A DNA stretch of 64,000 nucleotides from Octopus bimaculoides (lineage: Eukaryota). Location: the NCBI RefSeq assembly GCF_001194135.2, contig NC_068988.1, positions 83,422,666 to 83,486,665 on the forward strand, read 5' to 3'. A program made the translations under genes and the position numbers. Of this stretch, positions 54,546-64,000 are shown piece by piece. The notes beneath the pieces were generated by a model. The model had not been told where the DNA came from. It saw only the letters and a list, made by a program, of their open reading frames with translations, and ran no database searches. Positions within the stretch are counted from its first letter, which is position 1. Each line of letters opens with the position of its first letter.

Positions 54546-56546
54546 TAATTATAATTCTTCACACTGGCTACTATTTATAGAAAAAAACGCAAAAACAATA
54601 TAGTTAACTGAAATGTCCCCAGTACATGTCTAGTACTGACATCAATAAAATTTGAACTTGACAGACGACTGATTTATGTAATTAATAAGCTGCACTGGAG
54701 TGGAACATATCAGATTTAAACAATAAACCACACAACATTAGAAGCCAACTGAAGAAATAAAAACTCATACTATACATCAGACATCCAGCACTTATGCTTT
54801 CCAAGAACAGAAGATAAGAAGAGACTACAGTGTTTTGTTGATGTCTAAATATTTAAGAATGTTATACCAACATAGCAACAGCTTAATACCAGAGAGAATG
54901 ATACTGATGGAGATTTCAAAATTTTTTTTAGAGCAGTAATTCCCAACCCTTTTTAGTTCAATGACTACTTTCACCAAACAATGTTTTACAAACAACTTCT
55001 TTCCATATTTTGCAGAGAAAAAAGTGTATTATTTTAATCAAACATAAGCTAATTTTGTACAGTGGTTTACTAACCATGTTTTTATACTCTCCCATCCAGC
55101 ATGTGCTTCTGTTTTTAGATATTTGTGTGGCTAGTACCTTCATGTTAAATTTTTCACAGAAATTATTATATAATAATCTTTTCTACTCTAGGCACAAGGT
55201 CTAAAATTTTTGGGTTGGGGGCCAATTGATTAGATCAACCCCAGTATGCAACTGGGGATGAAAGGATGAAAGGCAAAGTCGACCTAGGCGGAATTTGAAC
55301 TCAGAACGTAAAGACAGACAAAATACTGCTAAGCATTTCGCCCAGTGTGCCAATGTTTCTGCCAGCTCACCAACTTATTATTATATAACAATAGAATTAT
55401 AATAGATCTTACTACATCACCCATCATGTTTCTTTTCAGAGATAATAATGTCTGATTTATGTTTTAATCTTGAGAAAGATTTTTGAAAAAAAAAATGTTA
55501 AAATATGAGCATCATACCTGATTTAAGGAATGACCTCTCTGAACTCCCAGGGCTATCACATCACCCCTTAACATTTTCCTATCCCTTGTGAGCAAACAAA
55601 ACCCCCAAGGGGTTAGTAATACCTAGGTTTAGAAACTGAGGTTTCATTGATAAGTATATGTAATGGTGTCTTCCACACTAAATGTATTAGAGCAGTTTAA
55701 GAAGACAGTTTGTGTGCTTCACACATAATTTCAACCTTCCATTGTACAGTATATCACCAATTGGGTTTTATTTTCAGCAGCTAAAATTCTGTCAAGTCAA
55801 CCAGAGAGCAAATATGATGGTGCATTGGACAACTATAAATATTTTTGAAGCCTGAGTTCCCCAAGTATAAAAATATTCTCTCACTTAGCCGAAAGAGTAA
55901 TGTAACAACATTTATTTGACAGAAACAAGTTAATGTTACTTGTCAAATTGTGAGGATCACATATATAAATGCTCTGATGTAAATAATGACACTTCAATAG
56001 CTGGGGTCCTGAAACACTACACCAAAGTAATCATAATGTTCAATATACAAAGATAGAGCCTCTGTGGTCATATGACACATTAAAAATAACAGACAGATTC
56101 CTTCAAATCGTACCTTACTAGCTTAAAAAAAAGGTTATTCTTGGTGATGGTTAAAATGCTTTTGATCTTAGTTTGCTCAGTTAAGGTTGATCTGGCGCTA
56201 AATGTCAATAACAACTTTAGAAAGAACAAAACTACATATACACATATCAGATGGGAACACCTGAAGACTATAAAGGTATGAAACTTGAGTTGCAAGATAA
56301 AAATTCAGTTTCAATAAACCATATACTTTCAATTTATGTATTGAGCAGTGCTCTCTCATTTGTTCAACACAATTCAACAGTCATATGATGTATATTATCA
56401 TCATCATTTAATGTCCAATTTCCATGCATGGATTGGATGGTTTGATAGTCCAGCAAATTGCAGGGCTGTACAAAGCTCCAGTGTCAACTGTGGCATGTTT
56501 TCTGTGATTGGATACCGTTGTGTATACGATGTGTACTGGGTACCTT

Positions 56547-57240
56547 TTTTCATATCACTAACATTAGTGAGCTCACCAAGTAAGTTGTAAGACAAAAATA
56601 GAATGGAAAAGGAAAAAATTTTCCATGCCTAAGTGTGGTGGTGGGGTATTTAGGAAGTGGAGGTGGTTTTCTGCCAGGTGTTGAGCGACTGAAGTATGAT
56701 AGCTGGACAAGTACAGGTGTCTTACTATAGAGGAGATACATGGCTACCCAACAATATATAAGGGTGAGTAGTATTAGCTTGAAGAAGATAAAGATGGTTA
56801 TAACAGTGTGCGATAAGTGGGTGGGCAGGACAGTTTCACAAGTGTGTGAGGGGAAAGTAACAGATGGTTAAATACAGGAGAAGAGGGGAATGCAGTGAGT
56901 GATGAGTAAGGGCAGGTGTGGATTTTGGGAGAATATCAGTATTGAAAAGGAGTGAGAGAGATAGTAGTGACTTAGTAAGGAGGATAGATCAGAAGGTAGC
57001 GAGATGATGTGCAATGTGTAGGAGCAGCAAAGAGGGAGATGTGGGGATACATAATGATGCCTGTAGCGAATCAGTTGAAAATGATAGTAGATATCCCTGC
57101 TCACTGCTATTGGGATAGAGATGGTTATCCACAAGTGCGAGCCCCCTGAGTCAGAGTGGCTGTTCCAGTGCATCTCTCTTGCCACCGTCCAGAGCAATGC
57201 CTTTTGTATTTTGTCAGCTGGGACCATGAGGTGGTTGGAG
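56547..57240 (-). mobile_element. Penelope-like element 3' remnant in TTC33 intron 1
   Basis: TVAREMHWNSHSDSGGSHL resembles the VA.HFN..H segment at the end of PLE GIY-YIG domains. It is followed by a pyrimidine-rich tail and a decayed hammerhead-like motif. Similar pyrimidine-rich tails occur at ~13080-13370 and ~28850-29140. Confidence 0.45.
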
Positions 57241-57381
57241 TTACAGGAAATTGAGAAAATGTAAGAATTTTGTAGTTAGAACTCTTCTTTTTACAATGAC
57301 TGCCCCACTTCCAGTATTTATAAATCCTTGAACTTTGTAGATGGGGTATCAAAGAAGACAAAGATATCTGAAGGCATAGAA

Positions 57382-57426
<45 letters not shown>

Positions 57427-58790
57427 AATACATAAACATGCACACATATACATAAATGCTAGCATGGAAAAACATGTTAAACAAACAAATAAATGAACAC
57501 ATATATATTAAAAGAATAACAAGAGGAAAAGTACTCAGGAATGCATACTGCATGGAAGCTTAATAGCAAAGTGGACACTGACATGAATGAGCCAAAGTTT
57601 TTTTATTTGGTTAAAATCACACTTTTATTGATGAGAACAATCATTTTCTAAAGTACTAATTATATGTAGGTTTGGTGATGCAAACAGGAAAAAGAGAACT
57701 CAAAACATGAGTATATGCATATATTTTTATTAATATTTAGCAGAAGCAACCGAGTGACTCAAGAGTCGAGGGTTTCGTGCAACAGAGTAACTCAAGGACC
57801 GAGGGTTTTGTACAAGAGTAATTCTAGCGCCAAGGGTTTCAGACATACATACATATGTATGTGTGTGTATGTGCATAATGCAAAAAGTAAACCCTTACTG
57901 AGGGAACAATCTTCTCTAGTCACCGAAGATCGTTCAAACTATTCTTTGCTGAAGAGATCAGGTCCAATTACATATATAATTAATCTAAACTACTTGAAAT
58001 TTTAGGCTTATTGCATCAAGTATGCTAGCGTCTAGTCAACCAATTTCCACTCATTGAAGGCAATTTTATATTGCAATGTGACGGTTCTGAACGTCTTGGA
58101 GAATGACAAGGTAAGAATGAGGTACGATACAGCTGACGTTCAGTCTACTAACACTCAACAGGAAATCATCTCTTACGGCAAGTGTTAATGTCAAAGCTGA
58201 CAAGAAGCTAAAGCATGATTGGCAAAACATTTAAGTAAATTCACTATAGCATATAAGTAATATATTCATCATTTCGGTAAATTCAAAACTATGATCTCAC
58301 AATAGCATGTCATATCTAACAAGGGGAGTTAATTTAAAAAAGAAAAAAAAAAAGAACGAAAGTAAAGAAACAAAAACATATTCTTTTTAGAATTCCAAGG
58401 AAAAAAGTATTAAGAGAAAGTCATTTAGTATCTGCCAAAACTAACAGTACTTTCAGCCCTTCTTTGTTATTAATGTGATGCGGAGTAATATCAAAGAAGC
58501 GCCTTACTCTCTTCTTGATTTTTTAAAAATATTGTCACTAATTATTGTACTGAAATGTGTAGCGTTTATTACTTTCAATTACAAATTGAAGTTTTTCATT
58601 AATTTATAGTGTTTTAATAATAATAATAATAATAATGAAACGGGATTAAATTCTATATTAATAGAATTACGTCCCTGTCGGGAGAGCGACTCCTCGTTCG
58701 AAACTCCGCTGGGACAAAACAAAACACCGTGACGCAACTTATCGTTTACAAAGCGGAAAATTGGAAGAGGGTGTTGGATTATTATATCAC

Positions 58791-59002
58791 CTCTCTGCTT
58801 CACACAACGTCGTTCCTTCTTCCTTCAATCGTGCACTTTTGATGACTGCATCTTCAAGGATCAAGCTCCGTTTCGGGGCCAGAGTAAGCCAGTCCACCTC
58901 ATCGTCAAAATTGTCTTCGTCTGTTTCATCTGGCTGGAAAACAGTCGATACAGATCTGCTCACTTTTTCTCCTATTTTTCTCTTCCATCCAAAAGATGTC
59001 AT
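58791..59002 (-). CDS. TTC33: Tetratricopeptide repeat protein 33, coding exon 1
   Basis: ATG at 59002. MTSFGWKRKIGEKVSRSVS...DWL...KRSLILED..IKS.RLKEEG..L.E.ER matches the characteristic TTC33 N-terminus (M.SFGWKRKIGEKVS). Donor AG|GTGATA; 212 nt, phase 2. Confidence 0.96.
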
Positions 59003-59867
59003 GGTAAGAGTTTGTTCTCAATAATTCTAGCCAATGTGAGAACAAAGGATCCATTCACATCTGTCAAATTCACTATTGATATTTTACACGGTGTAAACTA
59101 TTTTGGAATGCACGAGTATTGGAATTCCGGGATATTTGCCTTCTGGTAAGTTATAGAATTTAGTCCCACCTCCCATTTGTAGGAAATGAGAAATTAAGGC
59201 GACTATATTGTTACTCCACACATACTTTGTTGTCCAAGATCCTATGATCAAAGTAAATCTTGCTATAACTTTCGCGTTTTTTTTTTCAAATCGGTGTATA
59301 TTTTTCAGCGTACATGACCAAATATGTACTTGATTTGGGGGGGATTTTTTGAGACGAAAGCCTTGTATTTGTGGGATTTTTGGTGCTATTTCTGACAAAG
59401 TTGTAAGACCACATAGAAGATGCTTCGTTGATGTGTTTTTCCATTAGCGATCTAACTTACATAAAAACGGTCAGTTAAAGTAGGAATAGAAACCTGATCT
59501 TGATATTCGCTAACAAATGTAAGATTTAAGTTTAAAATATTTAATCATAAACAGGGGACAGTTTGGAGAATTTTGATTTAGAAATGTGAACTCAAAATAC
59601 GGAGTGAGATTCGAACATAAAACTCAAAAATAAATACGTAATTTCTGCTGCCTTGAATTTATTTATTTATCGGGGAGCGGAAACACTCTTAACTGCCTTT
59701 CCAGAAGTTAATACCATTGTAAGTGTAGTAGATAAAACCAAATTGCGAAATGTGAACTGTCGGGACCTTTTTCGTTTTCTTCAAACCACAAATTTTAATT
59801 CTGAAAAATTTTTTTTAAATGTACTTTTGATATAGTTATGCAAGCTAATGACGAATAACGAATTCAC

Positions 59868-60260
59868 TTACATTATTTACATTTGACGAATATTTGTCCT
59901 CATCTTGTTTGTTGTTAACATGTTTCGGCTGATATACCCTCCAGCCTTCATCATGTGTCTTGGGGAAATTTCGAACCTGGATTCTCATTCCGAAGGTATT
60001 TTTCGATGTTGTTATTATTACTACTAACCCTAAGATTCCGAGTTCGATTCCAGGCAGTGACCTGAATAACAACAACAACAACATCGAAAAATACCTTAGG
60101 AATGAGAGCTCAGGTTCGAAATTTCCCCAAGACACCTGATGAAGGCTGGAGGGTATATCAGCCGAAACGTTGTGTTAACAACTAACAAGATGAGGACAAA
60201 TATCCGTTAAATGTAAATAATGTAAATAATTCCTCATCTCTTAAATATAGAACTGTATTA
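59868..60260. mobile_element. Fold-back retroelement remnant: tRNA-derived fragment plus Penelope-like tail, with an inverted duplicate
   Basis: Arms ~59868-60019 and ~60064-60225 are near-perfect inverted repeats. The spacer contains a B-box-like GAGTTCGATTCC. Each arm carries a hammerhead-like motif. Confidence 0.75.
60131..60176 (+). ncRNA. Minimal type I hammerhead ribozyme motif (Penelope-like-element type)
   Basis: GACAC-CTGATGA-A-GGCTG-gagggtatat-CAGCC-GAAA-CGTT-GTGTT. Helix I GACAC/GTGTT, core CUGAUGA and GAAA, helix II GGCTG/CAGCC, palindromic ACGT in place of helix III, predicted cleavage after GUU (60171). Confidence 0.75.
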
Positions 60261-60339
60261 ACGAAATCACTATTTTGAAAAATTTATAAGACGTTAGAAT
60301 CAGTTAAAATTACGTAATTTTAGTCAATGAATTTTAAGC

Positions 60340-60520
60340 CACTGTCCTCACAGCGGAAGTCGAAACCATTTGTTGTCATTATTTCGCAACCATCGGAGCG
60401 CGAAGGTCCGTGAAATGGTTGTGGCTTGTAAACAGTTTCGAGTAAGAACCAGAAAGAGAAGTATGGGATCTTTCTGATTTGACTGGCGCCACTTGTTTCT
60501 TAACGTCAATCATTTCTGCC
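60340..60520. promoter_or_regulatory. Candidate CpG-rich promoter region upstream of TTC33
   Basis: CpG-retaining sequence with an ETS-type GCGGAAGT (60353-60360), ~1.35 kb upstream of the TTC33 ATG. The TSS cannot be determined from sequence. Confidence 0.3.
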
Positions 60521-60661
60521 AAGAACAACTATTTATAGTGACCTGTGGCGTGCATACTCGTATATTCCTGAGATAATAGGGTACCAATTTTGCCAAAGAA
60601 CAGTAAACCACAACGTTGAGTTTCTAAACTCGCAAAATAGGACCCATGCATCCAGACCCAT

Positions 60662-61722
60662 CATTAGCATAGCTAGAGGGGAGGAGGAGGGGGCACCACT
60701 TTTGGGTCTGCTGTAGGTAATAGAAATTTTCTGGGATCTAGTTTTTTTCATTCGCAAAATATGCATTTAAAAAAAAAATTATAGTTTAGCGTCTGTAACA
60801 TGACCTGTTCATTGTAGGTTTCTAAATAAACAGAAATACCTAATAAAATCAACATGTATCATCTTACTATTTCTTTTGTCTCTTCATTGATTGTATGTTT
60901 TTATTACTTTTAATTTGCTATATTAATATATTTGTCTACCTGTGTTTACTTTATGCGTATTTCAGTATTATGTATTCCTGTCATGTATTTGTGGACATCA
61001 TTAATATATGTGTGTGAAAAGGGAGCGTCTGTCTCCAAAACTCCAAAGTTGAGTAACGTTTTCATGCTAGGATTTGTAAACTACGTTAAGAATAACATTG
61101 GTCAACAAAGAATTTGTCCCAAGGAAAAAAATATCTGTATCTTCAAATTATCTGTATCACCCATAGTTTCTTCGTTCCAGGATATCCCTACTCCCTAATT
61201 TAAATTTTTATGAATAGAATTTACCTAGTGAAATCATAAATCCAGCTATCTGAGACAATGAGTCCCCAAAATATATGAAATGAAAAATATGTAAAAATAC
61301 TAACACACACAAAAATTATAACAAAACATGCGGGTGTAAAGAATCTAGTGGTGTGAAGCATCAAGTGTGAAAATTCAACGTAGACAACAATAACACAGAC
61401 AAGAGTGAACCACAACACAGCATGCGGTTGTCATGGTAACAAGCTGCTAATGCCACGCTGTCTGTTGATTAGCCAAAAATTACACAAATTTCCCAACATC
61501 AGATTCTTTAATTTACGAGATAAAGTAATTAGTTGATCGTAATCAAAATTCAGAGTTGCATGATACACCAAAATTGGAGGCAATCTGAACAAAGTTAAGA
61601 GGTGGAGGGGGGGGGGGGGGCTAATTTTTTGAATGAAAAAGACTACATCGTTCTCTGTTGGGTCTCGGAGGCGGCAAATTGCAGGGCCATTCCGGGCGGC
61701 ACATACTCTAGCTACGCTAGTG
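60662..61722. mobile_element. Non-autonomous hAT-like element (1061 bp)
   Basis: 17-bp imperfect TIRs CATTAGCATAGCTAGAG and CTCTAGCTACGCTAGTG. The flanks agacccat (60654-60661) and ggacccat (61723-61730) form a 7/8 match, consistent with an 8-bp TSD. Confidence 0.75.
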
Positions 61723-61884
61723 GGACCCATACTCAACACGTAAAACGCACTTGAACCTGTCTTAAGCGAGAGAATAAACAGTGACGTGACACTAATCGTT
61801 CTACAGTTGACTCGTATCTCAATTTCTTTAAATTCATAACATTCTCCTACATTGTTTTATTTCGTTGTTTTCTTGGCAGAAATC

Positions 61885-62710
61885 TCTTTTAAGCACCCCA
61901 TATAACCTCATAACTTTTTACGAATCTGTGTTCTACACACAGGAATTCATACGATTATGCAAAAATTTTTTTTATAATTCTTTAACCCCCCCCCCCCATA
62001 AATCATAAAATTTCCATACTTTTCCGAATTTTTTTTAAAAATCAGAGTTTTTTTATGTTGCTTAAATCACACCCGTAGGTGCATTATCATTCCATTAAAT
62101 GTGTTTATGGGGAGAAAATATTGAAAAACGTCAATACATGTTAATGACAAAGAAACGAGGAAGGTATCAATTGGTGATGAGATGTGCTAAAAATAACAGC
62201 TAACTCGCCCCTAAATCACACACACAAAATATTTTTTGTATTTTAGAAGTTATTTCGTGTTAAAGTTGTCGTATTTGGTTAATTTTAACCAATCAATGAT
62301 GTGTATTTAGCTGAAGAAAATTACTGCTGTTGTTCGCGATCAACAACTTCCGGGTCCATTGACAAAACGATGAATGTTCGACAACTTTAACACGAAATAA
62401 CTTCTAAAACGATGAATGTTTGACAACATTAACACGAAATAACTTCTAAAATATAAATTTTTTTCAAAAACGTTAAGAGTAAACCCTGTTCTATGTGACA
62501 CATTCTACCAGTATCCGAATTTTCAAAGTGTTTAGTTAAGAAAAATTAATCAAAAAATCTGTACGTCATATGGAATAGATCTAACATGGAATTTTTGTTT
62601 GTTTTTGCATATTCGCATGAATTCCCGTATGCAGAACACAAATTTGCAAAAGTTTTCTGAAAATTAAAAAAAAAAAAAAATGTTATGAGCGTTTTATGGG
62701 GTCTTTAAAC
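61885..62710. repeat. Nested inverted-repeat element containing a short relative of the 6240-7220 fold-back
   Basis: Outer arms ~61885-61965 and ~62603-62710. Inner agaagttatttcgtgttaaagttgtcg and cgacaactttaacacgaaataacttct are shared with 6420-6450 and 7099-7130. Confidence 0.65.
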
Positions 62711-63068
62711 CAGAATTTCAACGTTTTCCTTTATTGACAGTCCATGTGTTTTCGTTTCCTTTCAGCTGTTATTTCTAAGTCGAAAGCAAAAGACCTGTGA
62801 CTATGGTATTATTCTAATTGTTTATAAATATAAATCTTCAAGTGGTTGAAAGAAAGTAAAAATGATGCTTAAAAAAACAAAATATTCATTATTTCATCAT
62901 TGTTTTCTATCATTAAATTCTTTTTAAAAACCCTTTCTTTTGTTTTCTTTCGTTAAATTATATTATTTTTGAAAAGCCAGCTTCTTTTTTGTTTGTTTGT
63001 TTTCATTAAATTTAAAAAAAGAAACCTAATCAATTCTTACGGTTCTTTTGTCTTCATTTTCAACGATA

Positions 63069-63647
63069 CAGTGATCCCTCGCCATATCGCAGTTTATTAT
63101 TTAAGCTTACATCAATTCCTCTGTGGTGTTGTTTTGCATTTATAATAAAATTAATATCCACAAATTATAAAAATAATATAAAAAATATAGGCGCAGGAGT
63201 GGCTGTGGTACGTAGCTTGTTTACCAACCACATGGTTCCGGGTTCAGTCTCACTGCGTGGCACCTTGGAAGTGTCTTCAACTATAGCCTCGGGCCGACCA
63301 AAGCCTTGTGAGTGGATTTGGTAGACAGAAACTGAAAGAAGTCCGTCGTATATATGTATATATATATGTGCGTTTGTGCTTGTGTTTGTCCCCCCAACAT
63401 CGCTTGACAACCGACGCTGGTGTGTTTACGTCCCCGTAACCTAGCGGTTCGGCCAAAAAATGATAGAATAATTACTAGGCTTTCAAAGAATAACTTCTGG
63501 GGTCGATCTGCTTGACTAAAGGCGGTGCTCCAGTATGACGGCAGTCAAATGACTAAAACAAGTAAAAGTGTAAAAGAGTCTAGTACTGTTTCTACTTCGC
63601 GGATTTTCACTTATCATGGGGGAGTTTTGGAACGTGAGGTATTACTG
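63069..63647. mobile_element. Tigger/pogo-like MITE interrupted by a SINE
   Basis: TA-CAGTGATCCCTC at the left end and GAGGTATTACTG-TA at the right end. A SINE occupies ~63189-63575. Confidence 0.65.
63189..63575 (+). mobile_element. Near full-length tRNA-derived SINE (family A)
   Basis: tRNA-like head (ggcgcaggagtggctgtggt...ggttccgggttcagtc), internal (TA)/(TG) microsatellite and tail ...gactaaaacaagtaaaag. Homologous copies lie at ~3150-3525 (-), 7890-8280 (+), 16435-16600 (-), 17090-17240 (-), 22580-22760 (+), 26283-26405 (-), 36540-36665 (-) and 37325-37490 (+). Confidence 0.85.
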
Positions 63648-63654
63648 TACTCTG

Positions 63655-64000
63655 TTGTTAGTTTCTGTGGTATGACGTCAGTATCTGGGGAGGCTGACCG
63701 GAAGAGGAAAAAGGGCAGAGGGAGCCTCGATCGGGATTCGTGCCCTTTTCGAACGGGGTCGCGGACAGGACAAGACGTGTCTAGTGACGGTCTAGGTTTG
63801 GGAGAAGCAGCTGCTATTCCTGGTGTTCTTTGGGTCGGGGCAAGCTTCAAGGATTGGATACCGCAAGACAGACTAGGCGATTACATCTACTCGTACGCAC
63901 ACACCACAGTTTCGACTTACGCTTGTGAGGACACTGGACTCATTTCATCGGCTAAAAATATATAACTGTAAATGCTTCTATTTTGTTTATTATTTGGTGG
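63655..64000 (+). other. GC-rich promoter-like or LTR-like segment (may run off the window end)
   Basis: Perfect CRE TGACGTCA (63673-63680), CCGGAAG (63698-63704) and high CpG content; begins near tgtggt. Confidence 0.3.

Noticed and set aside
63525-63965. 146-aa ORF as a protein-coding gene
   Set aside because: It starts inside a SINE, crosses a MITE end, and has no recognisable domain.

Overview
Eukaryotic, AT-rich, repeat-dense genomic DNA with five N-gaps (6660-6889, 10104-10679, 22812-22852, 38520-39024, 52806-53109). The SINE, RTE and microsatellite content suggests an octopus (coleoid cephalopod) assembly; this is an inference from recalled repeat families, not a database result. Two spliced protein-coding genes lie tail-to-tail. 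On the + strand is a TRIC/TMEM38 cation-channel gene: 4 coding exons between 25560 and 38317, with the first coding exon not found. On the - strand is a complete TTC33 gene: 4 coding exons, 59002 to 47498, 281 aa, with poly-Asp and poly-Thr tracts. Most other entries in the ORF track are gap or microsatellite artefacts or transposon debris (Tc1, three mariners, RTE LINE, Gypsy and Penelope-like remnants, MITEs, many tRNA-derived SINEs). The most interesting signal is a fold-back element about 0.9-1.2 kb upstream of the TTC33 start codon. It joins a tRNA-like B-box fragment to a Penelope-like tail carrying an apparently intact minimal hammerhead ribozyme on the + strand and a broken mirror copy on the TTC33-sense strand. 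Two further decayed hammerhead-like motifs occur elsewhere. Also notable are a ~900 bp fold-back with internal telomere-like repeats and a CpG-decay footprint spanning both gene bodies.
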